Shown: positions 12,859 through 25,978 of the stretch, in pieces
How the letters are laid out: every line of letters begins with the position of its first letter
How positions within the stretch are numbered: the stretch's first letter is position 1
Source: Lama guanicoe
Lineage: Eukaryota
Assembly: GCA_013239625.1 (NCBI GenBank)
Contig: MU053376.1
Location: forward strand, 458,833 to 522,832
Reading direction: 5' to 3'
Length of the DNA: 64,000 nucleotides
Made by a program: the position numbers and the translations under genes
The notes under the pieces: generated by a model
The model's input: the letters and a program-made list of their open reading frames with translations, nothing else
Databases searched by the model: none
What the model was told of the DNA's origin: nothing

Positions 12859-12958
12859 CAAAGTGTAGAGGAAAGTTCCAACTCCAGGAAAAGAACTGAA
12901 GAAGGCAATATTCCCACGCTGCCTACCTCACAGCATAAGTGCAGAAATTCTAGAGAAG
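12859..12958 (+). CDS. MDM4: MDM4 exon 7
   Basis: QSVEESSNSRKRTEEGNIPTLPTSQHKCRNSRE; ttttcag acceptor, gtaagt donor; 100 nt. Confidence 0.96.
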
Positions 12959-14987
12959 GTAAGTTTGGATTAAGGCCATGTAGACCTTTCTCTCTTTCTC
13001 TCTGCCTCCCTCTCCCTCCCTCTCTCCCTTCCGTTTTTGGTGGTGATTTTTAGAAATGCTATCTATCTGTATTAAGCCCCAGCTGTAATTAAGACCATGA
13101 TATAGAGAACTCAAAAAATAATAATGCTGTTTCTTTGCATGTGAAGTAGGAGGGGAGTATGTCATACTCATTTCTCATTCTTTTCTGAAAACCATTCTTT
13201 TCTCACCCTAGTCACCACTATAGCTTTGAAGGAGATGGTAGTGCTCTGTTAGCAACCCGCGATGACTGCGATGGGGCAAGACCCTTTAGCTGGCATGCTA
13301 ACAGAAGAGAGCTACCCATTTATGAGCTTGCCGCCTGGTGATTGAGCTGCCTTGGCCTTTTAAGTCTTGACACCCCTGTACGGATTTGATCTGGGCAGAA
13401 TTTTTATTTTTATTTGTGCGCTTGAGGCAAAAGTTACTTTTTATATACTTTGGAAGTTTGCAAAGATGGTAAAATGTGCTTAATAGCTCAGAGCCAAGAG
13501 TGAGACGTTGGAAGCCTAGTGGCTCCTTCACACTTGGATAGTGGTCGTTAGATCTTTGCCATTCATACTAGGTATGGTCAACTTAAGTGAGCTGATCAAC
13601 GTTTTGGAAGTTTTCCCCAAACTCTGCTTTATAAAATGTTTCCTAAAACTTGCTGCAAATATCTGTAAAATCAAAAGTTCCCGAAAGGAATGTTACGGCA
13701 CGATGGTTTCTAGTGTAGGTACCTGACTCACACCTGCAAAATTGGCAGGTTAGACCTCTCGCAGCATCCTGGAAAGTTATGCTGCTGAAAATTGTTTTAA
13801 ATGTTTAAATTAAAATTTAATCTATTTATCATGCTGGATTGTTTTCTTCAAATTGCATTTGAATATAAATTGAATTTTGGGCTGCCTAGTTACCTTGGAG
13901 CTTATTCCAGTCTTTAGGGTCTTAAATATATAATTTAGTTTCTTTAAATACAGGTCCTTGCATATTTTCTACTCAGAAGGCTGTTTAAAATACAAGAACA
14001 GTGAATTCAAGAGACTATGTAGTTTCTGATGTAAATTTTGAGAATAAATAGCTTAGTATTTTTAGGGAAGTGTATGGGTAGAAAGGACAGAATTTTTGTA
14101 TGTAGAAAGGATGGCCTATTTTCATTCCCTTCATAGGAGGTTATAGAGCTTAAATAGTTGAAGATAACTTTAATGTGGCACCATCTCAGAAATTAGGTTT
14201 CTCATAATTTCAGCAATGAGTAAGTAAAAAGTAGTTAGTTTCCCTGAACACAGGTATGCCTTTTAATAGGCAGGATCAACATAATTTGTAAGTAGATAGG
14301 GTAACCTTTTGCTCTGACAGGGGTCCATTTATTGCAGACGTTTTTCCAACCATGTGTGCCTTAGCATATTTAGACACCCATGGTTGGCACTGGCATACCT
14401 AGTGCATTGGGAAGAGGTAGAGGACAGTAAGAAAGTAGGAAAAGAATAAAGCACAACAAAAAAGATTGGACGGTGGGAAGGAAGAGAATCTCATGTGATA
14501 GCAACAAGGTTATGTTAGTAACTCCCTTGAATATCATTTAGATGTCCAACGTGAGATCTTCTCTTTGGAACATGTGGCCCTTAGTATGTTTTGGATTTGC
14601 AGTATTTCTAGATTTTAAGGTATTTTAAGATATTTTAACTCCAGAAGAGCCCATTGATTCAGAAAGGGCATATGTGTATATTTATTTGGACAGTGTAGAG
14701 TTCAGTATTTCGTAATTGTTGTTACTATTGAAATACATGAATGATTGAGAAGTGTTTGAAAATATGTGGTACCAGTGACGCTGCCTTGACAGCTTTATGA
14801 TTGTGTGTTATTGTCTGTACTGCCTTGCTTCTATCTCAAAGGTTGGACCACTGTGCCATCACCATTTACAGTCCACTAGATCAAGCCACTGTCAGGCACC
14901 ATGTACTAAAGCAAGTCATTAGTTAGTTATTACAGTGGTAGGGCTGTTTAAAATGCCACTAAGTGACCCCTTAGGAATCCTTTTGTG

Positions 14988-15210
14988 AAGGAGTATGGTA
15001 CAGCTCAGCAGTAGAACACATGCTTAGCATACACAAGGTCCTGGGTTCAATCCCCAGTACCTCCATTAAAAAAATAAGGAACTAAATAAACCTAATTACC
15101 TCCCCCCTTCAAAAAATAAATAAATCTGCTTTAAAAACTTAAAATAGTAAGCATGCAAACTAACAAAAAAAAGTTTAAAAATTTTTAAATTTAAAAAACA
15201 AAAAAAAAGA
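14988..15210 (+). mobile_element. tRNA-derived camelid SINE with long A-rich tail
   Basis: cagctcagcagtagaacacatgcttagcat...gggttcaatcccc...aaacctaattacc; flanking aatcctttt direct repeat. Confidence 0.85.
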
Positions 15211-15486
15211 AATCCTTTTAAAACAGTGTCATTGTTTGGATGCTTTCAGAGTTGAAATTTCTTGATGAATTACCTCCAGTGTCACTTGTTGCTATTGTAG
15301 CCTAAATGGGAGGAAGGAGATTTAGGCTCTGCAGCTGGGACAGGTATTTGATTTCTGATTCCTTCGTACTGAGAAGAGGAATTTCTTTTTACCTGTCTTA
15401 TAGAGAGGTTGTAAGTGTTACAAAGAGAGCCTTGATTCTTCAGTGTTTTGTACACAGCTATCATCCTTTTCATTTGACTTTTGTAG

Positions 15487-15647
15487 ATAAAGACTTGTTA
15501 GAAAATTTAACCCAAGATGCGACATCAAGGCTGGATCTTGGGCTTGAGGAGTGGGATGTAGCTGGCTTGCCTTGGTGGTTTTTAGGAAACTTGAGAAACA
15601 ACTATACACCTAGAAGTAATGGCTCGACTGATTTACAGACGAATCAG
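15487..15647 (+). CDS. MDM4: MDM4 exon 8 (WWW autoinhibitory element)
   Basis: (D)KDLLENLTQDATSRLDLGLEEWDVAGLPWWFLGNLRNNYTPRSNGSTDLQTNQ; tag acceptor, gtaagt donor; 161 nt. Confidence 0.97.
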
Positions 15648-15739
15648 GTAAGTTTCATGTTTGAAGAGGAACTTCTTTTTTCTTTTGAAAGAGTAACATT
15701 CTGGGTTACTTGTGACCGTACATTGCATCCTCTAAGAAT

Positions 15740-16310
15740 TCCCATTTGGTGCTATGACTTCTAAGTACCATCTGCATACGTATGAGCCCTAAATCTGTGT
15801 CTCCAGCCCTGACCTCTCTCCTCAGTGTTCAGCTTCCCTATCCAGCTGTCTGCTCAACACTTAGATGATCTGACATTTTAACACGTTCAAAGCAAACACT
15901 TGATTTTTTTTTTCGCAGCAACACTCCTGTTCAGCCTTTCCTTCTTCGTAAGTCTAGCTTCTACCTGGTTATTCTAGCCATTATCAAGGGATATCACTGA
16001 GTTGTTTCTCTGTCATGTGCTGCATTCAGATTATCAGCTGTTTATGTAAAACACCTGAAATCTAACTGCCTGCTTTTGTTGCTTCCACTGCCATCCCCTC
16101 ATTCAAGGTGGCACCGTCTGGCTCTTCTGGAGTCTCCGTTGCGCTTCTCACTTTGTAAAGCTGTTACTATATTTTGTTTATGTAGCTGTTGTCTGACCCC
16201 ACCGAAATGTAAGTCAGGGCTTTTGTATTACTGACCACTTTATTCTGTGGCCTAGTACCTAGAACAGTATCTGATGCATAAGTAGTATTTGTTCAGTAAA
16301 TTAATGGACA
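15740..16310 (-). mobile_element. L2 fragment
   Basis: ctccagccctgacctctctcc...tccagctgtctgctcaaca...cctagaacagtatctgatgcata...tttgttcagtaaattaatg. Other L2-like pieces at ~1700-2250, 7280-7750 and 30110-32170. Confidence 0.55.
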
Positions 16311-16902
16311 TACAACAGTGGCGAAATAATGGTTGTCTCGTGAACATTGTAGAAAAATATGTCATAAAGTGTTCATAGATGAATGCAGAAAGTTATGTTT
16401 AAAATTGTTCAAGAATTAAGGGAATGTTATATACCAACTTTGCCTCAATATAATTTTTTTAAAAATTCAGAAAGGACAGAAGATTTGAGTTACAATCAGT
16501 ATTTCTTATATTTCTTTAATAAAGATCATTGACTATTAAAGGAAAGAATATGTCGCAATTAATAGAAAGTTTCCTGGGTTCTCAGAGTGCCGTCCATAGA
16601 AAGGAATGTAGGGAATGGATTCTCTTTTAGTTGAGCAACTATGAGCTTTTAGCTTTTAAATTCTTCAGTACTGTTTCTCAGCTGTTCTGCCTGATTTACT
16701 GTTAAAATAGAAAATCCTTTGCTAGGTGCCCTTGCATCCACCCATTAGTTTATACACAGTAGGTGCCAAGTAACCTGTTAAAGAAAGGGTAGGCATTCTT
16801 TGGAGATGTGTGAGGACATTGTGTTTTGGGTTCATTTACGTTGATTCAACATCTCTGATAAACCTCTGACTATAAAAACTTAGGTTTGTTTTTTTCTGTT
16901 AG

Positions 16903-17052
16903 GATGTAGGTACTGCCGTTGTTTCAGACACCACAGATGACTTGTGGTTTTTGAATGAGTCGGTATCAGAGCAGTTCGGCGTTGGAATAAAAGTTGAAGC
17001 TGCCGATACGGAACAAACAAGTGAAGAAGTAGGGAAGGTGAGAGACAAAAAG
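16903..17052 (+). CDS. MDM4: MDM4 exon 9 (acidic region)
   Basis: DVGTAVVSDTTDDLWFLNESVSEQFGVGIKVEAADTEQTSEEVGKVRDKK; tag acceptor, gtatgt donor; 150 nt. Confidence 0.96.
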
Positions 17053-18558
17053 GTATGTTGTGGAAAAGTCTCATGTTGGCTGTATTTACATGCATATAGT
17101 ATAATCTGTTCAAATCTGGTGACCTGACCCTTTGTATAACAAATGACTCACGTAATTCCCCCTTTTTACTTTTTAATATTTTTCTATATCTGATTTTAAG
17201 TTAACTAAGTCTGTCTTAAAAATAGAATAGGACTTTATGAGTAAAGCTCCTACTTTGTTAGAAGCAAATAAGCTACCCTTTCCTGCCTGTGCTATCACTC
17301 ATTGTGGAGTTTTTGTTTTTTTTTTTTTTTCTGGAGACCTTGCTTTGCTAACAAGGCAAAGTTCTAAATGTCCACAGCAGCCTGTAGGAAAAAAAATCTT
17401 TCTTTCTTAGACATTTCAGTAGCTTCCATAACCACTTTATACCTAAATAGAAACAGACAGATGAGTTCTTCCTGCAAATTTTAGAATTTTAAATAAGGAG
17501 AAAGAAGGGGGTTAGAACTCAGAGTGCACATGGTGCGCTCGCACCAAGGTGAAGAGTCATACAAGCACGTGCTCAAGTCTCAGAAGATCCTGGGTAGCAG
17601 ATCCGGTGCAGACACAGAAGATTCTCAGTAAATATCCATTGAATAAATACAGCAAAAAACAGACCTCAGTTGGGTCATCCTTTTAATTTAAGGGCGTTTC
17701 ATAGTACTTTGTATTCCTGAGGGCTACCCTGCTGTGTCTGCGGTAGGCAGGTAGATGCTTGGTTTTTGAGGACTAGTTACTTCTGGGTAGCAGTGGGAGG
17801 GAGTGCATGTGGGTAGAATAGGAAGACAAAGGTGACATTTGGAAACTTCTGTGGAGAGACATAGGACTTCAAATACTTGAACTTCTGTGAGAAAGTTGCT
17901 GTCCAGAGGTCCGTAATTCTGTCATAAGTGAGTTTTATTTCATTCACTGGATCACATAACGGGGGTTTTAATTTCTAGAATTTTAAATTCTAAATTTCAA
18001 AATTTAGAAGACACTTGTCACATTTCTGGCTTTTTGTTTCTGGTCCACGGGCATGTTTTTCCAGGACAGCCAGTGTATCACGTAACTAGCTTTACTTTTG
18101 AATTTGAAAAGTAAAATTTTACAGTACTTTATTTTCGTTCTTCACATTTAAGTTCTTTATTTTAAATAGTGGTTTTTTTACTTCCATTTTCTCATGTAAT
18201 CCTGTTTTATTCTTGTGAATGCCTATCTAGAGTCTCAAGATAAAAACATTCCACATTTAATAACTTGTACTCTGTTGTTTATTTAAATTCATAAATTTGG
18301 GAACCTCCCTTCTGAATGCAGAAGATATTTGGTAACCCTTCTTGGGTGCTTCTCAGTCATTTATTCTATTGAAATGCCAGCTAGGTGTGTGCAGAATCAT
18401 GTTTTCGGTCTCCCATCTGAGCTGTCTCCTTTTTAAGTGCTGGTGCTGGGAGCAGAATGTGAGTTTTAAGCTGAAGCTCTTCTGTCTCTTCTGCTTTCAG
18501 GTAACAGCCTCATCCGAGATAGATGAACTTTACTAATGAGACGTCTTTGCCTTCGCAG

Positions 18559-18639
18559 GTGATTGAAGTGGGGAAAAATGATGACCTTGAGGACTCCAAG
18601 TCCATAAGTGATGAGACTGATGTAGAAGTTACCTCTGAG
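18559..18639 (+). CDS. MDM4: MDM4 exon 10 (acidic region)
   Basis: VIEVGKNDDLEDSKSISDETDVEVTSE; cag acceptor, gtacga donor; branch-point-like TACTAAT at 18531; 81 nt. Confidence 0.96.
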
Positions 18640-20610
18640 GTACGAATTGCTAGTAAAAGAGCTGTCTTACACCACCTGCGTCTTCAGGTGTCAGTGTTCC
18701 AGCAGTTCACTTGTGTCCACCTCCCCTGTTTCCAGTTCCCTTTCCTAGGTAGAGATGTGGGTTTCTTTGCCTCTTGTTAGACATTTTTATTGGATTTTGA
18801 GAGGAGGATGAGTCGATTTGACCCTTTCCCTATGTTGAAAAGGGATGACTTAAATGCCTCTCCATGTGCCTTTCTCCCTGCTGTCAAAGCTCTTTGAACG
18901 TATGCAGTAGATACACAGTTATTCAGAGTAGTCCTGTCCTGCTTTTCCCACTAAACGCCTCTAATCCCAAAGGCAGACCTGTAAGTTCTCTAAAACTCTT
19001 TGTCAAGTATAAAAATAATACGTTCAGTGCTTTCTTAAATAGAAACAAATGGAAAAGGGCTTAATTTCCACGCGGGTTTATGTTAGTGGAGGGCTAAGAA
19101 ATGAAGATTGAGTATCAGCTGTTAGGTGACAGGTACGGACTTACTGCCAGTTGGCAACTCAAGTTGAGACTCAGGTGTGTACTTGCTTTTCTCTTTTCAT
19201 GCTAGTTCCTCGTCTCCCTTTTAGTACTTCCCTCAGCTAACTCTGACTCGCTGTGGGAAGAATGGTGGGGGGGAAGGATAAGGAAGGGGTTGGTTTTACA
19301 TTTTGCTCCTTGGGGATATAAAAATCTTAGGTGGTCTCTGGTGTTGCTCCTGCTCCCCATCTCCCATCCCACCACTGCTGACCATTATGGTAATTCATTG
19401 CAAATTATTTGTCTGTCTGTAGCTAAGTAATAAAGTTGGATATATTGGTCCATTAAGTGTTCATGACCATAATACAAATAGCAGAGATAAGTGTTTCCTT
19501 CTTAATCACGCTTCTGAGACTGCATGGGCCCAGAAAACCTATTAGGCAAATAGACTGTATTTTATCAATTCAGAGATGCCATGGAATTTAATAAGCCCTA
19601 TTATTTTATGTACTACTGAAAAAGAAAAGTGATGCCATTTAGATGTGACACACCATCAATTATTAATTCCAAATCTTTTTGAAGTTCCTTTGAGTATTTG
19701 TAAAACATTTCGAGTGAGATCTGAGGGTCTTAAACTGGGAAGAATGTTTTGTAGCTCTCTGCAGAACATCCTAGTTTAACAGGTGGTTGTGTCCCTGCCT
19801 CTTGGTGCAGACAATTGAGTTACGACTTCTAAACTTGAAGTGCTTGGCCTTTGTTCTGAAAGTAGTCAAGTCAGGGTGTGTCAAGTCCTTGACCCTGTCA
19901 AAGCCAGGCAGTTATCCACATTAAATGCTCTTTACTTCTTCCAGGGAGCTACCTGTGCATTAAGCAAGGCATTTAAAATTCATCAAGCTCTAGTGTCTCC
20001 TAATTTGAATATGGAGAAGTAAGAAAAACATTACTTGGCATTCAAGGACAAGAACATTAATTTTTTCAGAGAATGTGACGTAAGCGTACAAGGTACCTGT
20101 GATACTGAGAGCAGTGAGGGAGCGTGAGTAAATTTAGTAGTTTTCAAATCTCATTTCAATTTTAGCTTCCTTTTTGACAAATTTTACAACATTTCTTAAC
20201 TAGTAAAGAGTGACCGAGTATTATCTCTTCTTCATTCTTTAGCTTCTTGCTCAATAAAAGAGTAAGTTGTCCAAAGAGAAATGACTTAAAAGGAAGGCAG
20301 TGGGGAAGAGTAAGCAATGTAAATTCCACCCAGACTAGATGGGAAGCTAAAGGCATTTAACTTTTTTAAAGACAGCTACATCATATTTTGGCTTGAGATG
20401 GCAGTTGTGTCGCTGTCATTGTAAAACTTCTCAGGACTTGCTTACACAGAGCTATAGGATTTGTTCAGATTCTCGGCTGGACCACTGCTGTGGAGCGTCC
20501 GCACGTGTGCGAGCTTAGTGTGAGGTGCTGAGGAGCGGCCTGCTCTCCCTTTGTCTCGGAGTCCTGTTCACCACCGAGTGAGTATTAATTGGCGGCACTT
20601 GTCTTTGTAG

Positions 20611-21183
20611 GACGAGTGGCAGTGTACTGAGTGCAAGAAATTTAACTCTCCAAGCAAGAGGTACTGCTTTCGTTGCTGGGCCTTGAGGAAGGATTGGTAT
20701 TCAGATTGCTCTAAGTTAACCCATTCTCTCTCCACATCTGATATCACTGCCATACCGGAAAAGCAGGAGAGTGAAGGAATTGATGTCCCTGACTGCAGAA
20801 GAACCATATCGGCCCCAGTTGTTCGACCTAAAGATACATACGTAAAGGAAGAAAACCCCAAACTTTTTGATCCGTGCAACTCGGTGGAATTCTTGGATTT
20901 GGCTCACAGTTCTGAAAGCCAAGAGACCGTATCAAGCATGGGAGAACAACCAGATAACCTTTTTGAACAGAGGACAGACACAGAAAACACAGAGGATTGC
21001 CAGAATCTCTTGAAGCCGTGTAGTCTGTGTGAGAAAAGACCACGAGACGGAAACATCATTCATGGGAGGACAGGCCATCTTGTCACTTGTTTTCATTGTG
21101 CCCGAAGGTTAAAGAAGTCCGGGGCTTCGTGTCCGATTTGCAAGAAGGAGATTCAGCTGGTTATTAAGGTTTTTATAGCGTAA
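20611..21183 (+). CDS. MDM4: MDM4 exon 11, coding part (RanBP2-type zinc finger and C2H2C4 RING)
   Basis: DEWQCTECKKFNSPSKRYCFRCWALRK ... DVPD (caspase site), RRTISAP (14-3-3 site), SSESQE (ATM site) ... CSLCEKRPRDGNIIHGRTGHLVTCFHCARRLKKSGASCPICKKEIQLVIKVFIA*. Exon phases sum to an intact 1476-nt ORF. Confidence 0.98.
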   Translation, partial: DEWQCTECKKFNSPSKRYCFRCWALRKDWYSDCSKLTHSLSTSDITAIPEKQESEGIDVPDCRRTISAPVVRPKDTYVKEENPKLFDPCNSVEFLDLAHSSESQETVSSMGEQPDNLFEQRTDTENTEDCQNLLKPCSLCEKRPRDGNIIHGRTGHLVTCFHCARRLKKSGASCPICKKEIQLVIKVFIA

Positions 21184-23805
21184 CTGAAACGATGAATTGC
21201 AGAGACCTTTTAACAGGGCTAGGTCTTATCAAAGTTTCAGTGCTGAGCTTCTCTATGCAGTGTGACCCATTGGCTACTTTTATTTATTCACATAAAAATC
21301 TGTGTTCCAGGCTATTTTTGCTTCTAAACTTATACAGAAGTTGAGAATTAGTTCTTTAGAACTGGAGTGTCAATTTGGAGACTCCATTAACATGAAAAGA
21401 TAAGTTAATCACTTCATTCTGTCCCAAAGATGAGGGTCTGGGAGGGAGCAGCTGCCAGTACAAACGGAAATTCATTCATTTATTTACCAAATTATTTGAA
21501 GATTGTTTCTTTAGGAAATGTCCTTAAGCAGAAAATTCAAGGCAGCTATTAGAAAAATATTAAAGCCGACAGTGAAAAACAGAAGTATTTGATTAGTCAA
21601 GTTATGTAGTATTGTAGATCATTTTATGTTGCAATCAGGCCGCATGGTTCAGAGGAACCAAAATTTTTGTAAAATCTAGAAAAACAAGAAATTTCTTCCA
21701 TGTGTGCCTAAAACAAATGGTATCAGACAGTTTTGCTAACATACCCCAAAAAAGAATTTTGAGAAAGTATATATAACCTTTTGCCCATTTAAAAAATTGA
21801 AGTATAATTAACAAATTATAAAGTGTTGCCTTCTGATGAATTGTTGGCATCTGAGTAGCCACCCAAAACAAGCAACGGAGCGTTTCTGTCGCCTCCGGAT
21901 GTCCCGTCATGCCCCTTCCCAGGCAGGCCCTCCAGCATTTCATGGCTCTCACCTTCGATTGGTTTTCTTTTTGCACATGTTAATTTGACACCTAAATTTT
22001 AAAAATAAGTTTAAGTACTAAGCAGAGGGTGTACTATCCGATATATTGTGGATGTTCTTTGGAGATCTTTTTGGCAAAACCTTATGGCTATAGATTTAAC
22101 TGATTGAATTTATAGGAAAAAAATACTGTCATATACACTGGCAAAGCCTGCTCTCACTATAAAACTATAGTCAGCCAAATCAGACTTCACTTTGAATCAA
22201 AATATTGACTTCATTTTTAATTCGATTAAATGCGTTACATACATTGATAGCACAGTCTTCTCAGTGACAGTTGTAAGAGTTTTTGACCAAAGCTCTCTTT
22301 GCTCTCTGTCCCCATTGTTTCTTGGGAGTCCTCTAGGGGTTTCTCGTCTTTTTGTTTGATGCCTGTAGAGGTTTTTTAACTTTCTGAGGCAATGCCCCAT
22401 AGTAAGATTTCTAGGTGCATGAAAGGCAGCCTTTCTTTTGAAAATAGGGACTATGGTAGTTGTGAAAAGGAAGGTAATTAAGAGACATGATAGCTCTCAA
22501 GAGGCCTTATCTGAGCACATAAATCTTAGGGTAATACATAAGGAAATTGAAGATATGGAAGATACTTTCCCTATGGAAGTCATGGTGTATGAATGAATAT
22601 AGTTATTTTGAAGACACACACACACACAAACACACACACCACTCCCCCCGACACAGCCCCCTCTTCGATCCTTGAGGGGTCTGGGCCAGGGATTTCCATT
22701 TGAACAAGTGTTTCTGGAAGCTGACAAAGTGATCAACAGACCACACTTCTGGAAGTCCTGCCGTGCCCTAGAGAGAATTCTAGGTACAGGAAGTAGATGG
22801 AACAAGATCTCTTCATTTAGCATGATATTTAATTTCTAGAGGGGAAGTTTTGTTAGAGAATTTTAAAACTAGAAGGCACTCATTTACTCCCTTCATTTTG
22901 CACGTAAGCTAAGAAGTTAAATGACTGCTGAGTCACAGCTAGTGATAAAGCTCTTACTGGAATCCAGGCCTCTTGTAAGAAATGTGTAAACCATGCTACT
23001 TCCTTCTGATTATTTGTTGAATATTATAATGGTGGTGCTTACTGAATTTGCCACAATGAGTATGTTGTTAGCAACCTTAAAATATTGGAGACTATGACTT
23101 GTAGCCAAAATAGGACTTTGGAGAGAACAGACCGTAACCCTTTCTCCCCAAAGAGACAAGGCTCAGTAAATGTCAGGCTGTCTTATATAATCAGCTAAGT
23201 TACTTCTCCCACTGGGAGGACAAGTAAAGGGAGCAGAGGAACCTGACCTCTTTTCTCCAGTTTTGTTCCGAACTTCTTGGGGAATAAGGCTCGGTCTCTG
23301 GCTCTCTTCAGGCACTCGGGACAAGGACTTTCCCCTGCAGTAAGTAGAACCAGTCCTTGGAGTTCAGTGTTTTGTTAGACCGTGGATAATGCTCTAAAAA
23401 TTCAGAAAGTTAAATTACTTTCTATCCTTTTCCCCACCCCTCACCACTAATCTATTCATAATAGTTTGATAGTCTTTAATTTTGTTTCATTTTTGCCAGT
23501 GAAGTGCTTTTGCAAGTAATAACTTAAAGGAGGAGCAGGGAGAGTAGGGGATCTGCACTTGTACCCTCTGGTTCCTCCTATATAAAGTCATAGTTTTTAG
23601 AAAACTTAAATGAGAAAAAATATTAAATTTTATTTGTGTTTGTAGATATTTGGTGCTAATTTGGTGCATCCTTGCCTAGGGCAGAACCTCTTATGCTACA
23701 CAACTTTATTTTCCCCTTGGCTCACCTGACTTTTTATGGTCCCTATTAGCATCAAGTACTTTGCTTAGAAGATCCCAAGCTGTGCATTTGAGCTGAAAGT
23801 GTTAC

Positions 23806-24095
23806 AATAAATGTACACTGGGGTTTATTGTACCTCTATCAAGAGCCTTTTGAATGACTGAAATGTTACAGAGAAATGTATCTGCAGGAGGAGGTAGTTA
23901 ATATTTCTTGGTAGCTTATCTGAAATCGAGAATGCTGCTTCTGCAGATCATTTTCCTTCATCCAGGATCCTTATTAAATGTTTTCTGGGAGCATAGCAAG
24001 GCAGGTAGAATTCCTCCTGTTTTGGGGTAGGATGGGTCAGGGATCCTTAAAAAAAATGGGGGGGGGCCAAATAGAACTATCAGAGCAATTCTTTG
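23806..24095 (+). repeat. 3'UTR dispersed duplication, copy 1
   Basis: Aligns by eye over ~290 bp with 25979-26297. Confidence 0.9.
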
Positions 24096-25978
24096 CCTGC
24101 AGGAATCTAAGCCATCTTCTTGATCTGTTTTTGACTTTGTTTTTGTTTTTTCAATGCCACTGCGGTACAGGTAAGCAGGACATGTTTTGTAGGTGAAGAT
24201 TTCATAGTTTACTGCTATGTGATGATGAAACTCTTGACTTCCAGACACTACCATTTGTTTCGTACTTGGGGTGGTCACATGCTCTGGTATTCTGGGGACA
24301 GTGCCAGTTCACCCCTGTTTTTTAGCATCCTATCCAGTTTGTCTCTGTCTCTCCCCTTTCTCCCCCTTTACTCTCGAATGTCTTCATTTGGACATTAAAT
24401 TACATGGTCTTCCTAGTTGTAGGTAGGCCATGCTTGGGTGGAAGTCTTGATTGTGAGCAAAGGAGCTGTTAAAGCAGGTGTCAGTGAAGTTTATCGTTTC
24501 CACTGCATCACACCATAGACTTGTGATTAATGAAATCATCCCACATTAGTCTCAAATTTCTTATTTTAGTTTTTTGAATTAATATTTATGACCATGTTAT
24601 TCCCAGACAAAAAGTTCAGAGCAGAAATGACAGATCCTTAGAAAAACAATGAATTTCTAGGTTGCAGCTAAAAATGTCTTCTGTCTCTTAATGTTAACTC
24701 ATTCTACTCACACCATACTTATATTTGGTGTGCTTTCTATATAATACTTAATTCAGACTTTGTAAAAATCTTAGATCAAGGCTTTAGACTGATACTAACA
24801 TTTCCGCACAGTCCATAGGTTCCCAATCCTAGGCTTGAACAATGGATTAGTGTCCAGCCAGGCCAGCTACCACACCGCCATCAACTATCTAAGATTGAAT
24901 CACTGCCAAGCATTTGAAGATTTCAGTTGTGTTTTAATAATAATTTATGTATATTTACACGTATGTAATACTTTGTGAGATGTTAATTTTCTTTGAAGAA
25001 TTTATTTTTAAAGGTCAGGATCATTTGTATCTTTTTTTTTAATGTCAATTCAATGCATTGTTGGCTCCTTTGACAGTCACAAATGAGAACTTGGTGAATG
25101 TTAAGTCTTGGGTTCTACAGTTATTGTAGTGTTACCTCTTGGTTCTCTTTTGAAAGGAGGAGACTTGTTAACCAACTATTTGGTTTTTTTTTCCACAGAG
25201 ATTTATATGAACTTTTGAAAGTGTATGGCTTTATATACTGTGAATCTGTTGTTTTCCATTTAGCCAAATACCTGCTAAAATTGTTGGGACCCGTGTTCTA
25301 AAGAAGAATTCATTTTGATGGCTCTCTCATTTGTGGGTGTACCCGTGTGTGCACACACTATCAGGACTATTAACGCTTTTGCTAAAAATAGCTATAGACT
25401 TCTTTTTAAAGAAAGCATTGTTCTCAACCATTCAGTCTATCAAAAGGAGATGTTCCCGTGGTTCTTGATTTAGCAGCAACCATTCTTTTGTTTACATAGT
25501 TTATGTGTTTAGAATCTGCACTTCAGAGGCAATGGAACCTGCAGGCTCTCCCCGTGCCAAAAGTAGCATGTACAGTGTTTACAGATGTCTGGTATTCTGC
25601 ACTGCCGTAGGTCTGCTGAGGTTACTTTGCTGGAATTTCTCAGATTTGTGATTAGCTGAGTTGCAGTTTAGCACATGAGGAGAAATACTGAGGACTCTCA
25701 AGCTAAGCTGGAAATGAGGGTTATCTAAGGTAGTGGTTCAAGTGGCTCCCTGTACCTAATCTGGGGACAGTTTTTCCAGATTGCCTCGGGACGTCCTTCC
25801 TGTTGACAGAGCTTTCCTTGTTTGCCACTGGCTATATTCTTTCTTTAGGAGCCACCAGATCGCTTCTCTCCTGTGGGAGAATGTCTTGTAAGCATTTTGA
25901 GATCTTTTGAGGCAATGGATGTGCAATCTTAAATAATGTCATTATTGGTGAATGTGGCATTGGTAAAGGAAATACTAT

